A stretch of 64,000 nucleotides of DNA from Nymphaea colorata (Eukaryota): NCBI RefSeq assembly GCF_008831285.2, contig NC_045138.2, positions 19,220,001 to 19,284,000 of the forward strand, given 5' to 3'. This document shows, in pieces, positions 26,511-39,363 of the stretch. The position numbers and the translations under genes were made by a program. Positions within the stretch are counted from its first letter, which is position 1; every line of letters begins with the position of its first letter. The notes under the pieces are model-generated. The model ran no database searches. It had not been told where the DNA came from and saw only the letters and a list, made by a program, of their open reading frames with translations.

Positions 26511-28656
26511 CCATCCGTTCTCCGATCGTCTCCGGCGTGTCTTTCCGTCTTTGTATGTGTTAAGTTGCCCCTTGTCCGCTTCGTCCTTACTTTTGCTTTA
26601 CTTCATGGTTATGAGTTATGATGTCTCATTGTATGTATTTGTGTTCTACGATTCACTTTATACATCAAAATTCGTGCCCTTACTGTCATCAACGCACACA
26701 AACCGCGCAAAGTTGTGTTGAAATTTCAGACAACGCCGACGCTTTGTTGATGCAATTTCGCCGCCTGCAGTTCTCCGGTGGCGTAACTATGCAAGCACGG
26801 CTGGCAAGGGAGAACAAGAATGGGTCTCCGGCGGCCGGAAAAACAGGGGAAGGAAAAGGAACAGAGATTCATAGTCCTCCCTGAAGCCCTTGAGGCACAC
26901 TGATGGGCAGGCGGCCACCTCGGGGTTTTGGTGATGGATGAATCAAACCATTTCAAAAACTTAGTTCTGAAGGCCCATGGCACCTTGATCTAACTTAGTT
27001 TTATGGAAGCTTGGTTCAATGAAAACTAAATTTTTAGTGGGTTTTGAATATTGCGGTTGTTTGTCTAGGTGACATTTTTAAAACCTGGCTTTTTGTGAGT
27101 AATTTGATTAAGTCTAGATTTTTCAATCCTTTCTACAAGACCAGGTTTTGTCAAAATTAGGTTCTTTTCAAACTCGATTTTGATTGCACCTAAACACTAC
27201 AAAAACTTAGTTATATAATCAAAACCAGATTTAGCCTTAAAAAACTAGTTTTGGGCATCATCTAAATCTTCTCTTCGTTTTGTTTCTTGTGTTTTTGTTT
27301 GATAGTGACAATGAGTTTGATTCTCCTTCAAGTTAGTATAAAATAAAAGATGTCTACTCGATTTAAATAAATGAAACTGCATGGTGGTAAGAAATCTCAT
27401 CCAATAGGCTTTGATCTAGAGTAGAGAGTGAGTTGTATGCATAAGGGTGGTGCATGCAACATATATGCACCCCAAAAAGACGGCAAGAGTTGGGGAATTT
27501 TAAAGATTTTTCAAAAAAAATATCTGTTTTTCAACTTTTGAACTTTTTCAGTTCAACTTTTTTAACTGTACCACAATGGAAACTGTTTTTGTATCAATAA
27601 ACAAAGGTTGGAACCTACAAGCATAGGATGACATGAAAAAAGAAAAAGACAACAATTTTTTTAAAAAAAAAATTTCCGTGACGGTGGACCTATTAAAATT
27701 TTCATGTTTAATTGATGAATCTTGGGTCTGATCTAAGCCTCTTAATTGATGAAACGTAAGTCATGATTTAATTTAAGATCTGTCCCTCTTCCCTCGACTC
27801 TTAAATCAGTTCTTTTCTTATTGAAGGAAGAAGAGAACGGCCATCTTTGTTCGAGTTTCTTCCTTCACTTGCCCTTTTTTCTCTCATACTCCTCATCTAC
27901 CCTTTTTTTGGTCTGGATTTGAGGACGGAAGGATGGAAGGAGAAAAAAATCCACCGTCTCCTTCTTTGATTTTCATTTCCACAAGGCTAACTTTCCCATT
28001 CACATTGCTATTTATTGTTTATTTGGTTAGGTGCCTATAATTATAAAACCTTCACACTTGGAGTTGCTGATGGAGGCACTGCAAAAATTCGCCAACAGTT
28101 TCACACTTCAAAGGGCGGATCGAGACACAAAAATTTGGACTAAAAGGTAATAGCTACAAAACCTTAACTTTCAAAGAGGCTGAAGTGTCCATTATGGGCA
28201 AATGTTAGGACCAAATCCTTAGATGTCGCAAGCTTCGTGCCCTTTAATGTGGAGACAGATAAAAAAAAAAGAACCTCTTAAAAGGGGAATCCATAACAAA
28301 ATTTAGAAATAAAAAGTTTTCACGATACAAGAAAAAAAACAACCCCTAAAAAAAATTAAAATAATAAAATATACAAAATAACAACACAATAAAGCAACAT
28401 AAAAAAAAAGTTACACGATACATAAACAAATGAATCAAATTCAATAAAAAATGAATAAGCCAATAAAGACAAATATGATGCCTTGGTCGAATAAAAATGT
28501 ATACTTACAATAAAACAACATAATGAATAAGCCAATTTCCAGAAACGAGTTACACGATAAGTCGGCACGCTCCTGTGTTACGATTTATAAATGGGAGGCA
28601 ACGCGAGGGGCTTTTCATCCGTCTCCTTGCGGTCGCGGAAAGTATTGGCAGCGGCA

Positions 28657-29052
28657 ATGCCGCAGAGCAAAGTATTCGCAATGATTCTGTTACTGTCCTC
28701 CATGATGGTCAGTATCTTCCTTCTCAATGAGCTTGCCGGTGCCGGTGCCGCCGCGTTGACGACAGGTCACCAATCTCTCATCTCCGAAGAATCCCGCCTC
28801 TTGCTGCTCCTCCTTGGAATCCAAGTCGCCTGGATTGCCTCACTCGTCCCTGTCTTTCTAGGCCATCTGCTTAGGGAGACTACCGTCAGGACCTGCCTCT
28901 TCGTCTCCACCATTTCGCTTGCCTGTGTATTTCTGGCATTAACGACAACTTCTGGTGAGCAGAGCAGCGGCCATCTTGCGCCCACCTCCTTCAACCACTC
29001 GTGCTATCCAACTTGCTGTTCAGGGTCATCATACGGGTGCACATATCTGTAG
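28657..29052 (+). CDS. Small ~3-TM protein, paralogue 2 (131 aa from MPQSK)
   Basis: FLLNEL, LLLLLGIQVAWIASL, TVRTCLFVSTISLA, FNHSCYPTCCSGSSYGCTYL; stop at the homologous position to paralogue 1; TATA-like TTTATAAAT at ~28584; an in-frame upstream ATG exists at 28591. Confidence 0.8.
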   Translation: MPQSKVFAMILLLSSMMVSIFLLNELAGAGAAALTTGHQSLISEESRLLLLLLGIQVAWIASLVPVFLGHLLRETTVRTCLFVSTISLACVFLALTTTSGEQSSGHLAPTSFNHSCYPTCCSGSSYGCTYL

Positions 29053-30500
29053 GTTGGATTTCCTTTGATTGATGTTAATCTGCGCATTGGTTTCTGCTTG
29101 TAAGAATTCAGTCGTCGTCCCTGTGTGACTCCATCAATTCTCCGGTCGTCTCCGGCGTGTCTGTCCGTCTTTGTATGTGTTAAATTCCCCCTGTCCGCTT
29201 CGCCCTTTGTTTTGCTTTACTTCATGGTAATGACGACTTATTGTATCTATTGCCTATTGGTATACATCTTCTTCTATGATTCACTTTGTGCATCGAAGTC
29301 GTCCGCTTACTGTCGTCAACGCAGACAAGGCCGAAGTTTGTTGGTGCATTTTCGCCGCCTGCAATTTCCCGGTAGCGGTACTACGCAAGCACGACCGGCG
29401 AGGGATAACGGTAATGGGCCACCCGCGGCCGGAAAAACAGGGGAAAACGAAACGGAACATAGCCTCCAGCCCTCGAGGCACCGGTGGGACCCACAACTAA
29501 GCCACTCCTCTGTAGTCAGTGGGGGCACGATTCGATAATCTAGAAATGGATTTAAGTTCCCCTGCTCCAAAATCTATATAAAATTTTGATTTTCTAAAAA
29601 CCTACTCCTGCCTCCACTCCTGAGTTCTATGACCTCGATCTTACAGCTCAGATACCGACTAGGATATTATGAATTTCAATTTGGTGTGAAGTTTAGTGTT
29701 CTTATCCCAATTTCGATCAAACCCCACTCCAACTATGTTAATGTAAATTTAAATAAGATCTAAAAGTCATATTTGATGCTAAAAGGATCCAATTTGAATC
29801 ACCATTAAGCCGGATTTGATAACATTACCGCTGCAAAGCACCTTTTTGGACATTCCACATGCAAGAAAAATTTGGTAAAACCATCTACAGCGTAAAACTC
29901 CCAAGCTATACTTTTACACCTCATTTTTTTTTTTTTGCTAATATGTCAATTTACTCTCGGGTGTCACACTTGTTACTGTTTTCAGTTCAAAAAAACAACA
30001 CACCGAAGTGTGGCAATGGCCATAAGATTCAAACCTCTTGAATCCATTTGGCTGCTCGGTCATGGTATGTCCTTTACAGCCAGTAGATATTTAATTGAAA
30101 TTCTTTGGTTCGGGTATTCAAGTATTCAAAAAGGAAATATATGACATCAAATTCACTTTCTGGGTAATATATTCCTTGATTGGCAATCAGATATTTGTCG
30201 TCTTTATTCCATACAGAATGTGTTGATGAAATAAGATCGATAGATTCCTCTGCGCCCAACAACCCCCGCCCCCTCCCCCCACCCATTTTCTTTTTGAAAA
30301 AACGAAACTATTGGTTGACTTTCTCGTTATTTTTAAAAGAAAAGCGAGAATGTTATGTAAGTTGTATTAAGACAAAAAATTCTATTACCCTTGGGAAAAT
30401 ATTGGAAAAATAGCAAAAAATTATTAAAAATCAAGAATATATAAGATAATATAAGAAATTGCAAAATAATGTGTAGCGTACATATGCAAATAGCAAAAAG

Positions 30501-30730
30501 TATCATGACTACGATGGACTTCTCAAACTGGGAGTTATGTCGAAAAAAAATCTTGCAATCTTCTGCATGACATGATCCGTCTTTAAAATTTTATAATAAG
30601 CTCACAAGATCTTCAAAATGCAGATGTTATTGGTGGCAATCTTTTCAGATCTTAACGAGACTTCTATGTTGTGCATGGACAACCAAAGCATTTCAAGTGC
30701 CATGAGCGCTTTTAATTTTTTTAATGGAAA
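30501..30730. repeat. Diverged direct repeat, partner 40466-40690
   Basis: Shared TATCATGACT..ATGGACTT, TTCAAAATG.AGAT, CTTCTATGTTGTGCATGGACAAC. Confidence 0.75.
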
Positions 30731-32883
30731 GGACAGTAAATTTGACCAAAAACGGAAAACACGCTTATGAAGACGTTGTCATATAATATCCAAATTCAGA
30801 AGCACAAATTTGCTAGCGGAGGAGTTCAAGCGATTTACTAGCTCGTGAATGAGATGGACTTAGTCTTGCATGAGAGAGAAAAAAAAGGAAGAAACCAGAG
30901 CCTATACCATTCAACAAAAGACAACTAAAAACCAAACTAAAATATAAGAAAATGAAATAAGAGGATAGGAAGAAGAAGAAGAATAAGCGGGTCGAGGTGT
31001 TCATCACATAGCTAATTTTCATAGAATTGGAAAGATACAATAGCATCAAACTTTCAGGTAAGGAGAGATTCCAAAAGACATTATTCTTCTAGAATCATAC
31101 CGAACGGAATGCACTATTAGAGCAAAAAAGACATAAGAACATAAGAAGAAGAACCTAACGTGAAAAACTGAAAATAAAGGTAAAATATTTAAAAAACATA
31201 AAAAAAAATGTGAACCGTGCTTTAGTGTGATGCGCACGTACCAGGTTGATGGCACATTAACCCTATTTTTTGGTACGTTCATGGAAATAATGCGCATGAT
31301 GCACACACATTAGTCAGTGATGCATGCACGTCTAATAACATTGATTTTAATTAAAGCCTTGGAACATTTTTATTTATAAATGTCTACGTTCAAGCTTAAA
31401 TGAGTTTTGTGTCTATATTCAAGTTTAGTCAATTGAGTTTTTATGAGTCAGCTCCGACTCAGCTCGGGCCGGAGAATGAATATAAAATGGTCAGCTGAAT
31501 TTACTGCGTAATCCGCCGTCAGCCTATCAGGCGTTTTTTGTCAAATGACGAAAATACCCTTGAACCAAATATTGGAATCCAATCCAGTAGACCGGTGAAA
31601 GAAGAAGATGTGGGGCATGGACAAAGAAAAGAGAACGGATCACGTGTCCGTAATTATCAATTTTTTTCTTTTTTCGTTAAAAGTTTGAAAATTAGATCTT
31701 TCCACCGAATTACAAATCAATGCTTGTAATGCCCACATCTTTCCACCGAAAAATCTGCAATTTTTGCAAAGAATTGTTGTACGCGCACTGCATTGGAAAC
31801 CACTGCATTGGAAACCACTTGTATAGTTGTACGCGCACAAGGAATTACATCTTCCGTTTACATTTGTTCAAGCTAAATGTGGTTAGCATGGGGTGCTGAG
31901 TCTCATTATTGGTATTTAATGGACATCGAGCCATGAGGTTGCTGCCACTCCGTCCTTCTACCCTACAAATGGTGGTAGTGATCAGATCAGCTAGGGAGAT
32001 GCTTTCAAGCAGTTTCTCCTCAAACCCGCCCATGCACTAATTTTGGTGCACCAACCACTGTGTATACATTTTCAGTGGTGTTTCACATTAAATGCAAATG
32101 TAGAATGATTCGGTCTCCACACTTGGCCTTAGCTAACCGGACGAACCACCGAAACCAACTCCAAGTTGCATTTGGCTGTAAGCCATGGCACGCACCACTT
32201 TTATCATCGAAAGCTGAAAGCGAGACATTTTGCATGAAGTTTTAGGGCAATTTGTTTTGTATTTGTCCAATAGAATATATGGAGACAGCTTATTTCAGTT
32301 TTTTTAAATTCACAAAATCAATGATAAAAAAAACTTTTTTCGTCTGTTTTTTCTTTTGATCGTGTTGCAACGGTTGTACTTGCCCTCTAACTTGCAATAC
32401 TTCACTTAATGAAGCTTAATTAGTTGCATTTATTTGTTGAGGACACTGTTCCTTTAGTAAATCTCAGAATGCCAAGCATCCACGGTAGTAAATGTAGCCA
32501 GTTTACTTAGAATATTCACCTTTTAAGGCCCCACATCTAAGACCCTCAAGTTTAAAGATGTAAAAAAAAGCTCCTTGAAAAATAAAAAGGAAAAGAAAAA
32601 AGTTCTTAGCTACGAATTATTGTCCAAGCGTCCGCTACAATATGGAATATCATTTCCAAGTGCAAATAAGTCGGCACGCCTTGGGTAAGAAACGACGTTC
32701 CGTTTTGGTGTGAAACCACTCAACCAGGAACTTTCTTGCCATCTTCCTTTATTTTAGTGACCGAGCTAATGGTGTGTCTACGTTCTTGAATTCAAGAGGT
32801 AGGGTCATTGCAAGCGAGTTGGAGGTGCTAAAAAAGATATTCAAGTTTCACAAGGAGTATGGTGGTTGTATATCCATCTAAAT

Positions 32884-33191
32884 GAAATTGATTTTCCTTA
32901 TTGATTCCCACAAAAGGAGAAAGTGGTTCAGATTCTGCTTATAAAATTATTGTTTTTTTGTTCTTTATGTATTCAGGGTGCATATGATTTTGAAATATTT
33001 TAATTTCAAGATTTCAATGGCAAAAAGTTACAGGAATCTCGAATAACATTGTCAGCATGTGAGAGGAAGCTTCCACTAGTTATACTTTGTAAAGGGCTAA
33101 TTAGTTCACGAGAGCCGCTTAGAAGCCAGCTTCCTATATGCCTCTCCTAGAGTAAGACGAAATGAGAAATTCATTGAAAACAAAGGGCAAG
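32884..33191. repeat. ~307-bp direct repeat, partner 42373-42678 (high identity)
   Basis: GAAATTGATTTTCCT...GTTCAGATTCTGCTTATAAAATTATTG...GAAAACAAAGGGCAAG in both. Confidence 0.93.
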
Positions 33192-33221
33192 GTGTAAAAC
33201 TACTAAAATCAAGTAAAAAAC

Positions 33222-33367
<146 letters not shown>

Positions 33368-33899
33368 GCCAATAAAATAAAAATTCATTAAAAGCAAAAT
33401 GTGTCAACACAAACAAAAGAAAAAACGAACTGGTATTTAATGCTTGGGACCCGGTGTTTAATGGGCATCCGGTATATGGGGCTTCAGCTCCAATCTCAGA
33501 ATCCAACTTGTTCAAGCCAGCTCGATAATGCATGGGGTTAATTTTGATCGGCTCGACGGAACTCAATTAAACTTGATTTATTTTTATATTATTTTTTATT
33601 TAATAATGTATGTATATTTTATTATTAAAAATATATTTTATAAATTATTATTTTACATTTTAAAAAATATTTTTAAATTTTTAATCAAGCTCAGATTTTA
33701 AATATCGAACCGAGCCCAAACTCAAGTTTCAACCGTCGAGCTCAGCCGGTATCTTATTTATTCGAGCCATTTTGGTAGACCCCGTGTGTTGAATCCGGCT
33801 CATCATCTTCTAGAAAAATAGAAAAAGTGATGGTAGAGCCGTAGAGGTTGTTCCCTCTACCATAAATACGAGCAAATAGGTATTTTCTTCACATTACCA

Positions 33900-36741
33900 T
33901 TATACTTTAATCTTCTTTCAGTTCTTCTCTTTCCTTGTCTTTTCCCTTCGTCCATTTCGTTCTCCACGCAGGCTTCATTTCTCTCCGCTCCTCCGTTCTT
34001 TGAGGAGAGCGCCGGCGCGTGCACAGGTCTCCCTTTTTTTTTTTTTTTTTTGATGTGCTTGGGGTTTTTTGGACGTCCTTCTGTTGTTTTTCGTTGGTTG
34101 GCGATGGCGTTGGTGATCATACGACGAGTTCTTCGTGCCAGTGAGTGGCGAGTGTTCTCTTTTCTTTGTTCCCCTCGTTTTGAAGAAGACTTTGTCCTGG
34201 GGATTTTCTTCAATTGAGTTCCTTTAGGGTTCATTTGGCACCCATTGTAATTGTCCAGTGATTATGCCTCAAAAGTTTGAGGTACCACGAAAGTGCCCCA
34301 ATCTTCACGGCAGTTTCTTCTAGCCTCTCTTTTCTTTGTTTTGAGGTTATTATGATTTGGTGCTTCTTATATGTTGATCAGTGGAGATTCTTAGGCTTTG
34401 GATTCTTGGCTTCTTGTAGTGCAGAATTTTGTACAAAATTGTCTGCTTTCTTTTTTCTTTTATTTCTCTTCTTTTGAATTATATGTGTTGTTTTTTTCTT
34501 CTTACAGTTTAGGATTTTAATCTCAGTTGAGGTTTTTTGACTAGTATATATCGATTGCGGTTCCCAGTTCATAGAGGTATCATTATTTCCTCTTCTGGGC
34601 TCTGAATAATGAAAGGTTCTTTCCGTTGTTTCGGTATCAGTATCTGGTTGAACCTTTTGATGCGTTAGATGATTGGGCGTGTCTTCTTATGACTCAAGAA
34701 AATGTCATATTCTAATAATGGTGTACCCAGCATAGACTTCTTAGACAACACACGAGTTCTATGTTGCTTCCTTATAGAGGATTTTTATTAGAAGTTGCTA
34801 ATTTGACTTGTGGTTTACGTTTAATCTCGCAAAGTAGAGGTTTTGATGCTTCACTTCTTTTGCCATAGTTTTGTGGTTATTAGCAGGAAGGTCATTAATA
34901 TGTCAAAAATGCTATGCCAAAAGAATTCTAGTCTTCAATCTATGCTAATCTTCATTTGTTTGGTGCTAACGATTCTTTCTGTTAATGAATTAGGATTTGT
35001 TTTCAGTTGCATATGTAGCTGAAAACACTTTTGATAAAAAAAAACCTTCAAACTCTAGGTCGACCAAAGAGATCTTTGTTGGTGATATTTAGAACCTTCT
35101 AGCAGGGAATTAACAGTTACCTTGTAGGCTTTCTGTATTGTGAAATATCAAATTAGATAAACTTTAAATGAAGATGTTGAATGTCTTCTTCTGCACTGGA
35201 TTTTATTCTTATAGCACAAAATCAGTGGATCTACAACAAGGAATCTTTCGACTTAATATGACAGAGGTATTTTTATGTTTTACAACTAGAGTTACAGATG
35301 AGAATGGACAAAGAGTAGATGGAAAATCAAGGAAGCGTAAGCCATCTACAGTTGCTTAGGAGTCATGCAATTATTTTAAATCTGGATTGTTTGGATGTAT
35401 TGTATCTCATATTCAAGTTATTAGCAGTGTGTCGTCTGTAACAGGTCTTGGATCTGAAATTCATTCTTAAATGTCTAATGTTTGTTATGATGGCTCTTTG
35501 GGGTTGGCTCACGACACACTTCTAACTGCATGTAAAATTCAGCAATTTTACCACCTGATTTTCTTGTTAGACGAAAGTGATATACTTTTTGATACAAGTT
35601 CTTGCTGACAAGGTCTTAATTGTTATTGCTATAATGGAGTTCCTGTTGCTAGATTAATTGGACTATTTACCACCTATTTCAATTATTTGCGAAAGTTATT
35701 GCATCCAAGTGCTAACACGAAATTCCACTCTCCTCTGTCTCACTCAAGTGAATTGGTTTCATACGATAATCACATCAATAGTCTAGAATCTGAATGGCTA
35801 GTTTCATTTTGTTTGTATTTACTGATTTCCGATGCTTATGCAGGCTTGGCTTAAGCATCTCTCTAGTGGCGCTTCCATTCTTGATTGGTTGGAACAGGAG
35901 GAAAATTTTCCAGTCCTGATATTCCATTATCATGGCTCTTGCCCTAGGCTTATACATGGAGTGTACTGGTTATGTTATGGGCTGCCCAAGTAAGAGCAAG
36001 AAGAACCAGATGTTCATGAGCGTACTAATTTTGTGATCTACTATTGGAATGGTATTATGGATGATGGTTGTATTTGTTCCAACTGTAATTTAAGTGTCCT
36101 CAATGTTCAGCTGAAAGTGCTTTCTTCTGGCTTCATCAACAACTTTGTTTTTGTCATCCAAATTTTAAAAGTTAATACATGGTTTGGATATTGTGATCCA
36201 AACAGAAAAGCTGGTTTTTAAAACTGGGTTTAGAAAACCAGGTTTCTTCGTAACTAGGTTTTAAGGAGTGTCATCCATATGCCCCTTTTAAGTGCACGAT
36301 GCAATACTCTTTTTTTTTTTTTCTTCCAAACGAAAACCACGTTTCAAAAATCTGAAAACTTGGTTTTTGGCAGTTGCATCCAAACACATGAAGCAGGCTT
36401 TCGTTAAAGAAATTGGTTTTCACATAAACACATAAACCAGCTCATGATCGAAGTTCCGTCCTCTCCCCTCTTTCGCCTCCTCCCCAGTCGGTGTGTCCTT
36501 TCGATTTTCGATGAAAATGGGCTGAGGGATTCTCCTTCCTTAATCAGAGAAAAAATCTACGAACAACAGTGTACAGACAACAAAATGGAGAAGCAGAACC
36601 CAGTTGGGCTGCCCTTGATCAGTGTTTCCAAGGAGGCACTCCTTGATCAGTGTTTCCAAGGTGGCAAGATCTAGCGTGTCTCTTTACCAGTGTTACCGAG
36701 CATCTTTTTGTCGCATAAGATAACTTCTAGTTATTTGGCAG
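33900..36741 (+). promoter_or_regulatory. Putative 5'UTR exon and ~2.7-kb leader intron of paralogue 3
   Basis: CT-rich patch 33910-34000, CAG|GTCTCC donor at 34027, T-rich intron-like sequence, acceptor TTTGGCAG at 36741. The donor-acceptor pairing is inferred. Confidence 0.4.
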
Positions 36742-36746
36742 CAGCG

Positions 36747-37202
36747 ATGGCGGAGAAGACACTGGCAATGCTTCTGTTAATATTGTCCACGGCAGCCGGC
36801 ATGTTCCTTCTAAACGACCTCCAAAACAGCGCTGCAGCAATGACAGATCCTCAATTTTTCCGGTACTTCACGCTGATCCTTCTTGGCGTCCAAGTTGCGT
36901 GGGTTGCCTCGGCGGTCGTGGTCTTTTTAGGGGATCGGCTGACGGAAACGACAGTCAAGGCCTGCATTTCGATCTCAACCGTCTCTCTTGCCTCTGTGGT
37001 CCTGGCTTTGGCGATTTCTGGCTTGCAGGGCAACCTTGTCCCCAATTTCATCAGCCAGCCGGGTCATCTTAATTTTGGTTGTCGTTCCGTGCCTTCTTCG
37101 TATGTGGTCATGCATTGTGGGGAGGAACCATGCTGCCATACTTCTGACTGCTATATGCGTCCAACGATGTCTAGATTGAACTCTAGCACCGTCTGCGTGT
37201 AA
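36747..37202 (+). CDS. Small ~3-TM protein, paralogue 3 (151 aa from MAEKT)
   Basis: FLLNDL, DPQFF, LILLGVQVAWVASA, TETTVKACISISTVSLA; longer Cys-containing tail. Confidence 0.8.
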   Translation: MAEKTLAMLLLILSTAAGMFLLNDLQNSAAAMTDPQFFRYFTLILLGVQVAWVASAVVVFLGDRLTETTVKACISISTVSLASVVLALAISGLQGNLVPNFISQPGHLNFGCRSVPSSYVVMHCGEEPCCHTSDCYMRPTMSRLNSSTVCV

Positions 37203-37289
37203 TCCAACCACTTCATTGGGTGTCTTAGTGGTCGTGTCTTGCGGACCTCCGTCTACGTCTATAGTTTCTGAGCATGCAAAACCAATTCC

Positions 37290-38275
37290 CACAACCAAGT
37301 GCAATCTCCGCGCTTGGTTTAAAGCAAAGCCGGTTAGTCTGCTTTGTAGGAAGGCCAGAGCTGCCATGGCTATGGACAATTATTTGGTTTTGATTTCCTT
37401 CCATTTTCTTTCGGCAAAGTTCCTTAAGAACTTGCTCCAGTTTGGTTGGGCTTATAAGCTCTGGACGGTAATATCATAAAAGTTTAGTCTTGTGTCTAAT
37501 GTTGTGAAGAATCTTGAGAAACTTATGAAAATGGTTATTAAGTGATTAGTTGTGTTGATTCCTATAATTTTTAGGACTGAAACTTTTAGAAGTGAGTTGC
37601 TACCAAATCAAATCAAAACATTTGATATCAGAATGCATTCCAAAATTTGCTGATTTCGCCCAGCGGTTTGTGTTTGGTAAAGCTAACCCATCTTTGCAAA
37701 GAAATTTTTGTATAGTCTGCTTTACTCTATCTATCCTATTTTTTTTTATTAATATTATTGGGACAAAGAACCTCTAGCATGGTTGGGGTTGTTTCGGCCT
37801 TCCTCCTCCTTCTAATTGAAAGCATCCCACATTATCTCCTTCTTCTTGATATCATGAATCAAAATTTCAAACTCTAGGCAAATTTCTGTCCATCCGTATG
37901 AAGGAATTAATTGAATTGTCAAGGTGCATGCAAAACTAATTTTCACACAACCAAGTAAAACCCTTACCACTTGGTGGCTTCTTTAAAGCCAAGCCGGTTA
38001 AACTTCTATATAGGAAAGCTAGAGCTGCCACGGCAGTGGACAATTATTTGGCTTTGAGTTCCATTCATCTTATTTCAGCTCAGTTTTCTTGGAATTGTCT
38101 AGTGTTTGATTGGGTTGTTAGGGCTGGACTAGGTTTGGACTGTATTGTGAAAATCTTGTGGGATTTATAAATAGGGTTTATTAAGTGATTGGTTGTCTTT
38201 GTTTGTAATATCTTTTATGATAAAATTACTGAGTGGGTTGAGATTTGTCAAATCAAGTCATAACATTTTGTATCA
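37290..38275. repeat. Degenerate ~340-bp direct repeat (37290-37630 and 37950-38275) downstream of paralogue 3
   Basis: TTTAAAGC.AAGCCGGTTA, AGAGCTGCCA.GGC..TGGACAATTATTTGG and TTATTAAGTGATT occur twice, ~660 bp apart. Confidence 0.8.
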
Positions 38276-39009
38276 GATTAGGTTTAACACTTAAGCTTGA
38301 AGTCCCACACTCACATAAGTGCATGCTTTAAGGGGGTTAATTGTGAATAATTTTAAGAGACTTATAAAAATGGTTAACGCTTAATACTCATATCTGGGTC
38401 TGGATCCAACTCTCGGTGGAAGTTCTTGCCCCTTTTTCACAACGCTTCAAACATGCGCCATCAAGTTCATTGTTTAGTATTTACATTCTGAATTATGTAG
38501 TTATATTCTAACTGGATATTTTCTTATTAGCATCTAACAATACTTGCCAGAATCTCATTCTGAATTATGTAGTTATATTCTAATTGGCAATTTTCTTATT
38601 AGTATCTAACAATACTTGCCGGAGTCTCATTTTTCATTATTGAAGTTAGTGGTCGTTAAGTTGCGTTTGATTTTTCATAGATCTCAGATCTGAAGGGATT
38701 TTAGATCGACCCGATAAAACTGTAGATTTCAGCAGTCACATCTAACATAGATTTTAAATCCGTGATGTAGTGTAAAACTATGTTATTAAAAAGCCAAACT
38801 TCACAACTGCAGATCTAAGATCCACGGCGGTCTCTCATATTCGAGCTAATCTAAAGGCAAACCAAAAATTGGTTCAAGTGAAATCGTTGCTCTGTTTTTT
38901 CAGGCCGCCAATGGACAGTCTCGTTACCTGTCGCAGTCGGTGCTTCCTCACCACCGTCACCAGCACAAGCTTGTGCGTTCACAATGTTCGGTTGATGAAT
39001 TCGGAAAAG

Positions 39010-39363
39010 CTAGTGTTTGGTTGGAGGGAAAGGAATGGACGGAAAGGAAAGGAAAAATGATAGAATGAAAATAAAAGTAAAGAAGTGATTAAAAAACTTA
39101 TTTGAAATGAAAGGAAAGACTAAAATCTTTTTCGTTTTTTCTTCTAGAAGTGGGTCTTAATGGGTATTATGGGCAAAAAGAACTTTTCATCTTCCTTTCC
39201 TTTTCCTTTCCTTTCAATTCGTCCGATTCCCTTTCAATTCGTTCGATTTGAGAGGGATTAAATTTACACTAATCTATCCTTTCATTTTCCACACTTCAAC
39301 AGCGGTTACTCAATTTCTCTCTTTCCGTTCAACCAAACAGGTTTCGTTCAACCAAACAGGCCG
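39010..39363. mobile_element. Tourist/PIF-Harbinger-like MITE (inverted relative to the 42878 copy)
   Basis: GTGTTTGGTTGG...CAACCAAACAGGCC termini; GGAAAG/CTTTCC-rich interior. Confidence 0.65.
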
